The notes beneath the pieces are model-generated. The model worked only from the letters and a program-made list of their open reading frames with translations. It was not told where the DNA came from and did no database searches. Source: Chloroflexota bacterium (lineage in GTDB: Bacteria > Chloroflexota > Limnocylindria > Limnocylindrales > CSP1-4). From it: a DNA stretch of 64,000 bases. This document shows positions 54,426-63,984 of this stretch, piece by piece. Position 1 is the first letter of the stretch; every line of letters begins with the position of its first letter. The translations under genes and the position numbers were made by a program. The stretch is from contig JBIQKJ010000016.1 of the NCBI GenBank assembly GCA_044506615.1, forward strand, positions 2,704 to 66,703, written 5' to 3'.

Positions 54426-55906
54426 CCGGCACCCGGCCGAGCGCCGGTGTCCGCGGCACGACGGGTGCCGAGCCGCTGCGCGACGAGGTCGATGCGGTCG
54501 TCGTCGGCTCCGGCCCGAACGGGCTGGCCGCCGCGATCGAGCTGGCCGGCGCCGGTCACCGGGTGCGCGTCCTGGAAGCCGGGGCGGCACCGGGCGGCGG
54601 CGTGCGCTCCGCGGAGCTGACGCTGCCGGGCTACGTCCACGACGTGTGCAGCGCGATCTACCCGTTCGGGCGGATCTCGCCGTTCTTCCGGGACCTGGAC
54701 CTCGGGCGCCACGGGCTGCGCTGGATCGCGCCCAGGTATGCCATCGGGCATCCGCTCGACGATGGGACGGCGGTGCTCGTCGAGCGCGACGTCTCCCGGA
54801 CCGCCGTCCGGCTCGGCCGCGACGCCGAGGCATACCGCCGCCTGATGCTCCCGTTCGTCCAGGGCTGGGACGAGCTCCAGGAGGACGTGCTGGCGCCGTT
54901 CCACGTTCCGGTGTGGCCGCCGCGCGCCCTGCGGCTCGCGTGGTTCGGTGTGCACGCGATCCAGTCGCTGACGCAGCTCGCACGGCGGTTCGAGGAGCCG
55001 CGGGCACGGGCCCTCCTCGCCGGGGTCGCCGCCCACTCGATCCTCCGGCTCACCGAGCCCGTGAGCGGCGCGGCCGCGCTCGTGATGCTCGCGACGGCCC
55101 ACGCGGACGGCTGGCCGCTGCCGGAAGGCGGCGCCGGTCGCCTCACCGACGCGCTCGTCGCCGAGCTCGAGCACCGCGGCGGGTCGGTGGCGACCGGGAT
55201 TCGCGTCGCGGACCTCGCCGACCTCCCCCCGCACCGGGTGGCGCTGTTCGATACGAACCCCGGGCAGCTCGCCTCGATCGCGGGCGACCGCCTCCCGGAC
55301 GGCTTCCGGCGAAGGCTCGAGCGGTTCAGGCACGGGCCCGGCGTGTTCAAGCTCGACCTGGCGCTCGACGGGCCGGTGCCGTGGCGGGCGGCCGGGCTGG
55401 ACCACGCCGGCACCGTCCATCTCGGGGGCACGCTCGAGGAGATCGCCCGGGGCGAGGCGGCCGTGGCCGCCGGGCGCCACCCCGACGCCCCGTTCGTGCT
55501 CGTGGTGCAGCAGAGCCGGTTTGACCCGTCCCGGGCCCCGGCAGGACATCACACGCTGTGGACGTACTGCCACGTCCCCGCCGGGTCGACCGAGGACATG
55601 ACCGAGCGGATCCTGGGCCAGATCGAGCGCTTCGCCCCCGGCTTCCGGGACCGGATCGTTGCCATGCACGCCACGAACGCCGCGGACCTCGAGGCCTACA
55701 ACCCGAATGCCGTCGGGGGCGACATCGCCGGCGGGCGGTTCGACCTCGGTCAGCTCTTCACGCGCCCCAGCCTGCGCGTCTTCGACCCGTACGCCACGCC
55801 CGACCCGGGACTCTTCCTCTGCTCGGCATCCACGCCGCCCGGTGGCGGCGTCCACGGCATGTGCGGGCGGCACGCCGCCGCGTCCGCGCTCCGCCGCCTG
55901 GGCTGA
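54422..55906 (+). CDS. FAD/NAD(P)-dependent oxidoreductase of the phytoene desaturase (CrtI)-related family
   Basis: GTG 54422 in GTGA overlap with the LMF stop, CAGGAG upstream. VDAVVVGSGPNGLAAAIELAGAGHRVRVLEAGAAPGGG dinucleotide motif. C-terminal LFLCSASTPPGGGVHG. Confidence 0.8.
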   Translation: MTGTRPSAGVRGTTGAEPLRDEVDAVVVGSGPNGLAAAIELAGAGHRVRVLEAGAAPGGGVRSAELTLPGYVHDVCSAIYPFGRISPFFRDLDLGRHGLRWIAPRYAIGHPLDDGTAVLVERDVSRTAVRLGRDAEAYRRLMLPFVQGWDELQEDVLAPFHVPVWPPRALRLAWFGVHAIQSLTQLARRFEEPRARALLAGVAAHSILRLTEPVSGAAALVMLATAHADGWPLPEGGAGRLTDALVAELEHRGGSVATGIRVADLADLPPHRVALFDTNPGQLASIAGDRLPDGFRRRLERFRHGPGVFKLDLALDGPVPWRAAGLDHAGTVHLGGTLEEIARGEAAVAAGRHPDAPFVLVVQQSRFDPSRAPAGHHTLWTYCHVPAGSTEDMTERILGQIERFAPGFRDRIVAMHATNAADLEAYNPNAVGGDIAGGRFDLGQLFTRPSLRVFDPYATPDPGLFLCSASTPPGGGVHGMCGRHAAASALRRLG

Positions 55907-56124
55907 CCGGCGGGGCTCACCGGCCGGCTGACCAGCCGCATGCACCCGCGCGCCGCCGGCCTCGTGGAGGCTGGGTCGCCGCCGTGCCCATCGGGGCGCC
56001 GCACGCGAGGCGGTCCGGCCCCCGAGCGCACGACGTTCGGCGCTGGCGTCGCCCGCCGGCGGGCGCTTGCATGGAGCCCGACTGACGGAGCGAGCGTGGT
56101 GACGCGTCCCGAACGGAGGACTCC

Positions 56125-56520
56125 ATGAGCGAGACGATCCGGACCGTGCGAGGGCTCGCCGTCGCGGCGGCCGCCGGCGCTGCGCTCCTGTATGCGTTGA
56201 TCGGCGTGGGTGTCCTCTCGGTCGGGACGACGGCCGACGGGACGGCGCCCGACCTGCTGACGTTCGGTGCGCTCCTCGCCGCGATCCACGCGGCCCTGGC
56301 GCTGCTGCTGCTTCGAGCCCGGTCGGTCGCGGTCTGGCTGGGCGTCGGCGTCCTCGAGGTCCTCGTGCTCGTCGGGTACGTGGCGATGGCCGGGATCCGG
56401 GAGCCGTCGTTCGAGCCCTGGGGACTGCTCGTCAAGGCCTGCCAGGCGATCGTCCTCGGTTCCGTCACGTACCTGGTGCTCCATCAGCGCGAGGCGACGG
56501 TCGCGGGCGGTGCCGCATGA
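56125..56520 (+). CDS. Small 4-TM membrane protein, unknown function
   Basis: ATG 56125 after GGAGGA. Four hydrophobic helices. ATGA overlap with the downstream flavodoxin-like gene. Confidence 0.6.
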   Translation: MSETIRTVRGLAVAAAAGAALLYALIGVGVLSVGTTADGTAPDLLTFGALLAAIHAALALLLLRARSVAVWLGVGVLEVLVLVGYVAMAGIREPSFEPWGLLVKACQAIVLGSVTYLVLHQREATVAGGAA

Positions 56521-57062
56521 GCCCGCTCGTCCTCGTCGCCTACGGCACGAAGCACGGCTCGACCGCGGGCATCGCCGCGGTCATCGCGGAAACGCTCGCC
56601 GAAGCGGGCATCACCGCCGATCTCCGGGTCGCGGGCGAGGTCCGGTCGGTCGTCGGCTACGACGCAGTCGTGCTCGGCAGCGCGGTCTACATGAACAGGT
56701 GGCGCGGCGACGCGCTCGACCTCCTGAAGCGCCACGAGCGCGACCTCGCGGGCCTGCCGGTCTGGATGTTCAGCAGCGGACCGACGGGCGGCACGCCGGA
56801 GGCCGACGAGAAGGTGCAGGGGCTGCTCGCGACCGACGCGCCGCCGCCCGGTGACGCGGGCAAGCGCGCGGCGCGGCTCGGCGTCCGCGGGCACGCGACG
56901 TTCGGTGGCCGGCTCGGGGAGGAGGCCGGCGGGCTGTTCGAACGCTGGATGCCTCGCGGCGACTGGCGCGACTTCGACCACGTCCGGGCCTGGGCGGCCG
57001 GCATCGCCGCCGCGGTCACCACCTCGGTCACGGAGCCCGTCGGGACGGTCACGAAGGCCTGA
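56517..57062 (+). CDS. Flavodoxin-like protein, paralog 2
   Basis: MSPLVLVAYGTKHGSTAGIAAVIAETL...YDAVVLGSAVYMNRW...PVWMFSSGP. Colinear with 46950-47447. Confidence 0.8.
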   Translation: MSPLVLVAYGTKHGSTAGIAAVIAETLAEAGITADLRVAGEVRSVVGYDAVVLGSAVYMNRWRGDALDLLKRHERDLAGLPVWMFSSGPTGGTPEADEKVQGLLATDAPPPGDAGKRAARLGVRGHATFGGRLGEEAGGLFERWMPRGDWRDFDHVRAWAAGIAAAVTTSVTEPVGTVTKA

Positions 57063-57375
57063 TCGGACGGGCGCGTGGGCTGGGGGACCCTTGCCCGAGC
57101 GGCCCCCGGCAGCGGGCCCATCGAGTGCGGCGCCCGGTGCATGGTCATTCCGAGCGTGGGGCGAGGGGACATCGCCACCCGCGCCTGAGGATGTCGAGCG
57201 CGATGTCCATGCACGCGGAATCGCGCGGCGTATCCACCCCCGCGCGACCCGCTGAAGGTCGATACCGCGCTGCGACGTGCTCGGACGACCATGGAGGGAG
57301 CGCGGCGCGTCCTTTGCTCGCGCGGCAGGCCCTCCGGTCGATAATGCCGCGATGGCACGCCGCCCGACGTCCCCG

Positions 57376-57615
57376 ATGCGCATCTCGCTCGCCCCCGAGC
57401 GCCGAGCCGCGCTCGTGGACGCCGTCCAGCGCTACTTCGAGGACGAGTTCGACGAGCAGCTGAGCGACTTCCGGGCCGAAGCGCTCGTCGACCTGTTCGT
57501 CCGCGAGCTGGGGCCGCCCGTGTACAACCAGGGCGTGCGCGACGCGGCGGGGTTCGTCGCGGAGAAGCTGGCCGACATCGAGGGCGAGGTCTACGAGCAG
57601 GAGCCGCGGCTCTGA
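57376..57615 (+). CDS. DUF2164-like small protein
   Basis: MRISLAPERRAALVDAVQRYFEDEFDEQLSDFRAEALVDLFVRELGPPVYNQGVRDA matches the DUF2164 pattern as I recall it. An alternative start is ATG 57352. Confidence 0.6.
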   Translation: MRISLAPERRAALVDAVQRYFEDEFDEQLSDFRAEALVDLFVRELGPPVYNQGVRDAAGFVAEKLADIEGEVYEQEPRL

Positions 57616-57691
57616 GCGAGTCGGTCCGCCCGCCTCGCCCGCAGCCGCGACCCGGGGCGCCCGCGCTCGGCCGCGTCCCCGCGGCGCTCGG

Positions 57692-59761
57692 TCAGGCCGT
57701 GGCGCCCGCGGGGCGGAGCCGGAGCCCGCGCAAGAGCTGCGCGTTTGCCGCCACGACGATCGTCGACACGCTCATCGCGATCGCGCCGACGGCCATCGGC
57801 AGGTCGATGCCCCACGGCACGAGGATGCCGGCCGCGACCGGGATCGCGACGACGTTGTAGCCGGTCGCCCAGACGAGGTTCTGCACCATCTTGCGATAGC
57901 TGGCGCGGGACAGCTCGATCGCGCCGACCACGTCGCGCGGGTCGCTCCGGACGAGCACGATCCCGGCCGACTCGACGGCGACGTCGGTCCCGGCGCCGAT
58001 GGCGATCCCGACGTCCGCGGTCGCCAGGGCGGGCGCGTCGTTCACGCCGTCGCCAACCATCGCGACCGTCCGCCCGCCGGCCTGGAACCGGCGGACGGCG
58101 TCCGCCTTGTCGGCGGGAAGGACCTGCGCCGCCACTTCGTCGATCCCGAGCCGGCGCGCGACCGAGTCCGCCACGGACTGCGCATCGCCGGTGATCATCG
58201 CGACCGACAGGCCGAGCTCGTGCAGCCGCCGAACGGCCGCCGCGGATTCCGGGCGGATCTCGTCCTCGAGCGCGAGCGCACCGACGACCCGGCCGTCGGC
58301 GACGACGTGGAGGACGGTCTGCCCCTCCCCGGCCCAGGCAGCCGACTCGGCCAGCGGGTCGAGCCCGGCGTCCTCCAGCAGGCGCGGGCCGCCGACCGCC
58401 ACGCGCCGGCCGTCGACCGTCGCCCGGACGCCGCGGCCGGCGAGCGACTCGAAGGCGGTTGCACCGGCGGTCGGGAGTCCGCGCCGCTCGGCCGCGGCGA
58501 CGATCGCGCGCGCGAGCGGGTGCTCCGAATCGGCTTCCACGGCGGCGGCCAGCCGCAGCGTCTCGCCTGGATCGGCGCCACCGACGGCGGCCACGACCGG
58601 CTCGCCACGTGTCAGCGTGCCGGTCTTGTCGAAGATCACGACGTCGAGCTCGCGCGCCCGCTCGAGCGCGATGCGGTCCTTGACGAGGAGGCCGTTGCGG
58701 GCCCCGAGCGACGTCGAGATCGCGATGACGAGCGGGATCGCCAGCCCGAGCGCGTGGGGGCAGGCGATGACGAGCACCGTTGCGGTGCGCATGAGCGCGC
58801 CCTCCGCGTCGCCGAGCAACCACCACGCCACGAGCGTGATGGCGCCGGCGGCAACCGCGACGTAGAACAGGAACGCGGCGGCTCGGTCGGCGAGCGCCTG
58901 GGCCCGGGATCCGGATGCCTGCGCCGCAGCGACCATCCGCATGATCCCCGACAGCGCCGTGCCCTCGCCCACGGCGTCGACCCGCACGCGCAGGCTGCCG
59001 CCCGCGCCGACGGTGCCGGCCACGACGGCGTCGCCCGGCCCCTTCGCGACCGCGCGGGACTCGCCGGTGATCATCGATTCGTCGACGTCGGCCGAGCCTT
59101 CGACGACCGTGCCGTCGGCGGGCACACGGCCGCCGGGGCGGACGAGCACGACGTCGCCGACGGCGAGCGCATCGAGCGGGACGGTCTCGGTCGCGCCGTC
59201 CGCCCCGACCCGCTCGGCGGCATCGGGCAGGAGCTCCGCGAGGGCGGCCAGCGCGCCGCGCGCCTGCGCGATCGAGCGCATCTCCAGCCAGTGGCCGAGC
59301 AGCATGATCGTGATGAGCGTCGCGAGCTCCCACCAGATCTCGACCTCGAACAGCCCGAGGGTGCCCGCCCACGACGTGACGAACGCGACGACGATCGCCA
59401 GGGAGATCAGCGTCATCATCCCCGGCTGCCGGTCGCGCAGCTCGCCGACGGCCCCTCGGATGAACACGAGCCCGCCGTACAGGAACACGATCGTGCCGAG
59501 GATCGGCGGGAGCCACTCCGAGCCCGGGAAGGTCGGCGCCTCGTAGCCGAGCCACTCCTGGAGATCCATGCTCCACACGAGCACCGGGATCGTCAGGGCG
59601 AGGCTGAGCCAGAACTTGTCCCGGAACATCGCAACGGAATGCCCGGCGTGCTTGTCGTGACCGCCGGCATGCGCGTCGTGGACACCGGGATGCATCGCGT
59701 GGCCCTCTGTCGAAGCCAGGTCGTGCTCGGTCGGGTGTTCGGTGTGGGCGGCGTGGTCCAT
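57692..59761 (-). CDS. copB: P1B-3 (CopB-type) heavy-metal ATPase with His-rich N-terminus and CPH motif
   Basis: ATG 59761. N-terminus [14 protein letters not shown]...[34 protein letters not shown] (CPH), [17 protein letters not shown]. Confidence 0.9.
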   Translation of the reverse strand: MDHAAHTEHPTEHDLASTEGHAMHPGVHDAHAGGHDKHAGHSVAMFRDKFWLSLALTIPVLVWSMDLQEWLGYEAPTFPGSEWLPPILGTIVFLYGGLVFIRGAVGELRDRQPGMMTLISLAIVVAFVTSWAGTLGLFEVEIWWELATLITIMLLGHWLEMRSIAQARGALAALAELLPDAAERVGADGATETVPLDALAVGDVVLVRPGGRVPADGTVVEGSADVDESMITGESRAVAKGPGDAVVAGTVGAGGSLRVRVDAVGEGTALSGIMRMVAAAQASGSRAQALADRAAAFLFYVAVAAGAITLVAWWLLGDAEGALMRTATVLVIACPHALGLAIPLVIAISTSLGARNGLLVKDRIALERARELDVVIFDKTGTLTRGEPVVAAVGGADPGETLRLAAAVEADSEHPLARAIVAAAERRGLPTAGATAFESLAGRGVRATVDGRRVAVGGPRLLEDAGLDPLAESAAWAGEGQTVLHVVADGRVVGALALEDEIRPESAAAVRRLHELGLSVAMITGDAQSVADSVARRLGIDEVAAQVLPADKADAVRRFQAGGRTVAMVGDGVNDAPALATADVGIAIGAGTDVAVESAGIVLVRSDPRDVVGAIELSRASYRKMVQNLVWATGYNVVAIPVAAGILVPWGIDLPMAVGAIAMSVSTIVVAANAQLLRGLRLRPAGATA

Positions 59762-59780
59762 GCAGCTCACTTGCAGGCTG

Positions 59781-59797
59781 ATACTCCCCCCCAGTAT
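59781..59797 (-). promoter_or_regulatory. Second CsoR-type operator-like dyad ATAC-N9-GTAT in front of copB
   Basis: Plus strand ATACTCCCCCCCAGTAT (gene-sense ATACTGGGGGGGAGTAT), 19 nt upstream of the copB ATG. A TTGACG hexamer lies upstream. Confidence 0.55.
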
Positions 59798-59944
59798 CAC
59801 CATGCCGTCAAGTCTCCAGTCTCCATCCGATGGTGCGGCGCACGCAGGGCAGGCTGCGTCCCCGAGGTCATGCCGGTATCAGGCAGTTCTTTCTGACATC
59901 GTGATGGCGGTCCGCGGCTCGGCGCCGGGGCTCGCGGGCGGCGA

Positions 59945-60249
59945 TCAGCCGCGGCGACGCAGCAGCACCGAACGACCGTGCAGGACTGCTCCCACGATGA
60001 TCAGCGCCGTTGACCAAATCGGAATCGTCCGAGCGACGCGATCCGCACCCCCCGGTTCGCGACGAAGACCGCGGATTCGATGACCACCAAGGCTGCGGCA
60101 GCCCTCACCGATCGATCGCGCCGGCCGGTGAGGCCGGTCACGAGCAGCCAGAGGATCGCGGCGAGCATCGTCAGGAAGACCGCCGAGTGAACCGGCTTGA
60201 TTGCGGTGAGCGTCACTCGTTCGGACCAGGGACCCATGCGATGCAGCAT
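59945..60249 (-). pseudogene. Small 3-TM membrane protein apparently split by a 1-nt frameshift at a C6/G6 homopolymer
   Basis: Frame A: MLHRMGPWSERVTLTAIKPVHSAVFLTMLAAILWLLVTGL...AAALVVIESAVFVANRG. After the run at 60048-60053, another frame reads ADRVARTIPIWSTALIIVGAVLHGRSVLLRRRG*. One extra G would join them. No clear RBS. Confidence 0.3.
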
Positions 60250-60376
60250 CTGATGCCGGGGACGGTCGAGCAGAGAGCCGAACGGCCTCGCCGATGCACG
60301 GCGGACGTCAGAATCGCGCGGAGGACACCATCGCCGCTGCCGCTGTGGGGCTCCGTGCGCTCCTGGGACGGAAGGC

Positions 60377-61711
60377 TCAGCGCGGCACCTGCGGTGGCTC
60401 ACTCGTCGCGGCGTGGCCGCGCGCGCTGGGCAATGACGCAACCTCCCGGTCGAGCCGGTCGGCGAACGCACGTGGAACGCCGGCGTCGAGCATCGCCAGC
60501 TCCTCGCGGATCGGCGGCAGCCGATCGGGCGGCGCGACCGTCGCAAGGTCCTCCAGCAGGGCCCGCATTCGGCGGTGGACCTGGATCTGGCCGGCTCCTG
60601 CCAGTCGGATCTCGTCGAGGCCGAGCCGCACGTAGTCGCTCCAGTCGGGTCGGTGCAGGATCAGCGCGACCCGCCCGTCGGTGACGCGCGTCTCGGACGG
60701 GAACTGTCGACCCACGAGGCGGCGGAGCAGGTCGTGGATCCGGTCGAGCGCCTGGATGGCGGTCGTCGGATCGTTCGTCCCCGGCGAGAGCGCGCGGATC
60801 GCGACGTCGACGAGCTGGCGGATGCCGAAGGCCGCGTCCTGGTCGAGCGTGCGCTCGCTGCCCACGCCGATGGCGGCTCGCACCTGGTCTGCCGCGTCCC
60901 GGTCCCAGCGGCCCCAGAGCCGCGCGACGTGCATGCCCTCGGGCACGAAGTCGCCGACGGACGGGACGACCTCGACGATCCGGCCGTCCTCGCGAGCAAC
61001 GCCGAGGAGCCGGTCCTCGTCGACGGCGACGACGACACCGGCCTCGGTGCTCTTGAGCACCAGGTCGGCCTCGGCCCTGACTGGGCCGCCACCGAGCGCC
61101 TCCCGCGCGTCGCCGCCGACGCGTTCCGGGTACAGCCGCTCCACGGCCTCGACCGTCTCGCGCCAGATGTTCGCGACGACCGTGCTTGCGCGGATCGCAT
61201 GGGCCATGTGATCGATGTAGTAGATGAACGCCGCGACGCTTCCGAGCAGCAGCGCGAACGCGACCCAGACCGACAGGCCCGGAACGAAGCCGTCGTCGCC
61301 GTCGACCGGCGTCCGGACCTCACGCAGCACGACGAGCGTGTAGACGAACGTCGCGACGAAGAGACCGAGGACGACCTGGTTCCCGCGATCGCGCAGGAAC
61401 GTGCGCATGACCCGTGGCGACAGCTGGCTCGAGGCGAGCTGCAGGACGAGCATCGTGATCGAGAACACCAGTCCGGTGAACGTCAGCATCGACTGGGCGA
61501 TCGTCGACAGCACGCTGCGTGCGCCCTCGGCCGTCCCGCCGAAGACGAAGAAGAGCGAGCCCGGGTCGTTCGACAGGGTCTCGTCGACCGCCACGAGCAC
61601 GAGCGCGAGCACGAGCGCCGCCACGGCGAACAGCGCCGGCAGGAACCACAGGCTCAGCCGGAGGCGGTCGCGGATCGCCAGCAGGGTGACCACGAGGCGA
61701 GGATCGCGCAA
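60377..61711 (-). CDS. DUF2254-family membrane protein
   Basis: RDRLRLSLWFLPALFAVAALVLALVLVAVD... N-terminal 4-TM region plus a soluble C-domain, typical DUF2254 layout. Start (TTG 61711 or GTG 61693) is uncertain. Confidence 0.7.
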   Translation of the reverse strand: MRDPRLVVTLLAIRDRLRLSLWFLPALFAVAALVLALVLVAVDETLSNDPGSLFFVFGGTAEGARSVLSTIAQSMLTFTGLVFSITMLVLQLASSQLSPRVMRTFLRDRGNQVVLGLFVATFVYTLVVLREVRTPVDGDDGFVPGLSVWVAFALLLGSVAAFIYYIDHMAHAIRASTVVANIWRETVEAVERLYPERVGGDAREALGGGPVRAEADLVLKSTEAGVVVAVDEDRLLGVAREDGRIVEVVPSVGDFVPEGMHVARLWGRWDRDAADQVRAAIGVGSERTLDQDAAFGIRQLVDVAIRALSPGTNDPTTAIQALDRIHDLLRRLVGRQFPSETRVTDGRVALILHRPDWSDYVRLGLDEIRLAGAGQIQVHRRMRALLEDLATVAPPDRLPPIREELAMLDAGVPRAFADRLDREVASLPSARGHAATSEPPQVPR

Positions 61712-61803
61712 CGCCGATCAGGGCCGGGCCTGTCCGACCGGCCCGCTGCCTTGCAGACGGGTGCCGCCTGCGGCCTTGCAGGCGCCGGTGGCATCCTTGG
61801 GGC

Positions 61804-62703
61804 GTGACCCACACGCACGGCGGCGCCACCGCTGCGGCGGCCCACCGCCGGCGGCTGGCCGCGGTTCTCGTCCTCAGCCTGACCGCCCTCGTCGTTCAGG
61901 TCGTCGGCGCCTACCTCACGAACAGCCTCGCGCTGCTCGCGGACGCGGGGCACGTCCTCACCGACGTGGCCGGGCTCTCGCTCGCGCTGCTCGCGATCTG
62001 GTTTGCCGGCCGCCCGCCGACGACCGCCCGAACGTTCGGCTACCTCCGGCTCGAGATCCTCGCTGCCGTCGCGAACGCCGTGCTGCTGCTCGGGGTCGCG
62101 GCGTTCGTCCTGCTCGAGGCGTGGCGGCGGGCAGGGGAGCCGCCCGCGGTCGCGTCGGGTCCCTTGCTGGCCTTCGCGCTGGTAGGTCTTGCCGCGAACC
62201 TGGTCGGGCTCGTGCTGCTGCGGGACGCCCAACGGCACAGTTTGAACATGCGGGGTGCCTACCTCGAGGTGCTCGGCGACCTGGGAGGCTCGGCCGCGGT
62301 CATCGTGGCCGCCGTCGTCATCGCGATCACCGGCTGGAACGGCGCGGACGTCGTCGCCTCGGTGCTGATTGCCGCGCTGATCCTGCCCCGGACGTGGGCG
62401 CTGCTGCGCGAGGCGACCGACGTCCTGCTCGAGGCGACCCCGAAGGGCATCGACATGGATCACGTTCGCCAGCACATCCTCGACGCGCCGGGCGTCGTCG
62501 ACTGCCACGACCTCCATGCCTGGACGATCACCTCGGGAATGAACGTCGTGTCGGCGCACGTCGTGCTCGCCGACGGCGCCGATCCGGCGAAGGCGCTCGA
62601 CTCGCTCTCGGAGTGCCTCGCCGAGGACTTCGACATCGAGCACTCGACGTTCCAGCTCGAGACGATCGACCGCCGACGGCTCGAGCTGCGTAGCCACGCA
62701 TGA
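61804..62703 (+). CDS. Cation diffusion facilitator (CzcD/ZitB-type) metal efflux protein
   Basis: GTG 61804. His-rich start MTHTHGG. LVVQVVGAYLTNSLALLADAGHVLTDVAGL (HxxxD), second TM5 motif EVLGDLGGS. Cytoplasmic C-domain. Confidence 0.85.
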   Translation: MTHTHGGATAAAAHRRRLAAVLVLSLTALVVQVVGAYLTNSLALLADAGHVLTDVAGLSLALLAIWFAGRPPTTARTFGYLRLEILAAVANAVLLLGVAAFVLLEAWRRAGEPPAVASGPLLAFALVGLAANLVGLVLLRDAQRHSLNMRGAYLEVLGDLGGSAAVIVAAVVIAITGWNGADVVASVLIAALILPRTWALLREATDVLLEATPKGIDMDHVRQHILDAPGVVDCHDLHAWTITSGMNVVSAHVVLADGADPAKALDSLSECLAEDFDIEHSTFQLETIDRRRLELRSHA

Positions 62704-62769
62704 CGGTCGGTGGGGACCGGGACCATCGGGCGATGGTGCCGATGCGCACCGCTGATGAGGATGGCGCTC

Positions 62770-63984
62770 ATGCGTCGTCTGTTCCTGTCCGTCGTTGCGG
62801 TCCTGCTGCTCGGCTGTGCCGGGCCGGGGGCGGTGCCACCGCCGTCCGAGTCGGTCCCGCCGCCGACCGTGGACCCGGCACTGTCCACGTCCTCTCCGCC
62901 GGCCTTCGGACCCGCGACCCAGCCGCCGCCCGGCACCGCGCGCCTCGAGCCGACCGCCGGAACGGCCTACTTCGGGCTCAACCTCGACTGGGGGAACCAG
63001 ACCGCCGCCGGGGCGAGCGCGGACCTTGGACGGACGCCGGCCGTGTGGGTCCAGTTCGCCCGGTTCCCGCTCGACGACGGCGCGCGGGCCAACCTCGACG
63101 CGTTCGTCGAGCAGGTCGCCGGTGTCGGCGGCATCGCGCTGATCACGCTCGAGCCGCACGACGGGCTGGACACGGTGACCCGTGAGGCAGCGGCGGAGCT
63201 CGGCGACCTTCTCGCCTCGTACCGGGCCGACCACGGCGTCCCGACCTTCGTGCGGTTCGCCCACGAGATGAACGGGTCGTGGTACCCGTGGAGCCAGGAT
63301 CCCGAGGCATACGTCGACGCATTCCGCTTGGTCGCCGATGCCGTCCACGAGCGGTCACCGGGGTCCGCCATGGTCTGGGCGCCGAACCAGGGCGGCGGCT
63401 ACCCGTTCGGCGGCGGGCGATACGAGGCAGCGGTCGGCTCGGAGGCTGCCGAGGCGCTCGACACGAATGGGGACGGCTCGCTGACCGCGGAGGACGACCC
63501 GTACGCACGGTACTGGCCGGGCGACGAGGCCGTGGACTGGGTCGGGATGAGCCTCTATCACTGGGGTCTCGAGTACCCGTGGGGCGAGAACGAGCTGCCG
63601 CACGACGGATCGTTCGCGGCGCTGCTGCGCGGCGAGGACACCGGGGCGCACGGGACGGGCGCATCGGTCCCGGACTTCTATGCGGAGTACGCCGAGGGCC
63701 ACGACAAGCCGCTCGCGATCGTCGAAACGGCCATCCTCTACGACCCGGCGGCCACCGACGGGCCGATGGAGGCCGACCTGAAGACTGCCTGGTTCCGACA
63801 GGTCTTCGGCGAGGAGACCCGGGTCGCGTTCCCGCGGATCGGGATGCTCAGCTGGTTCGAGTGGCGCAAGGACGAGCCCGAGATCGGTCGGGTCATCGAC
63901 TGGCGGCTCGGATCCGATCCGGCGCTGGCGCGCCGCTTGCTCGAGGGTACTCCGGACGGCTGGCTGGTCTTCGCGGGCGACTGA
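62770..63984 (+). CDS. Lipoprotein glycoside hydrolase, GH26-like
   Basis: Lipobox VLLLGCAG. Pro-rich linker. VRFAHEMNGSWYPWS and PLAIVETA supply GH26-type catalytic Glu contexts. Start ATG 62770 or 62761. Confidence 0.65.
   Translation: MRRLFLSVVAVLLLGCAGPGAVPPPSESVPPPTVDPALSTSSPPAFGPATQPPPGTARLEPTAGTAYFGLNLDWGNQTAAGASADLGRTPAVWVQFARFPLDDGARANLDAFVEQVAGVGGIALITLEPHDGLDTVTREAAAELGDLLASYRADHGVPTFVRFAHEMNGSWYPWSQDPEAYVDAFRLVADAVHERSPGSAMVWAPNQGGGYPFGGGRYEAAVGSEAAEALDTNGDGSLTAEDDPYARYWPGDEAVDWVGMSLYHWGLEYPWGENELPHDGSFAALLRGEDTGAHGTGASVPDFYAEYAEGHDKPLAIVETAILYDPAATDGPMEADLKTAWFRQVFGEETRVAFPRIGMLSWFEWRKDEPEIGRVIDWRLGSDPALARRLLEGTPDGWLVFAGD

Noticed and set aside
59770-59812. MerR/CueR-type promoter for copB (TTGACG-N19-GAGTAT has the hallmark 19-bp spacer).
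   Set aside because: The dyad is not centred in the spacer. It overlaps the -10 side, and the same ATAC-N9-GTAT box at copA overlaps a normally spaced promoter. A CsoR-type repressor site explains both copies better. This is not fully excluded.
61712-61803. Repeated CCTTGCAG words and the CCTGC...GCAGG dyad in the DUF2254/CDF divergent spacer as a metal-regulator operator.
   Set aside because: Only a 5-bp dyad arm and short repeats. There is no regulator gene nearby and no resemblance to ArsR/Zur/MerR boxes I can name. Too weak to call.
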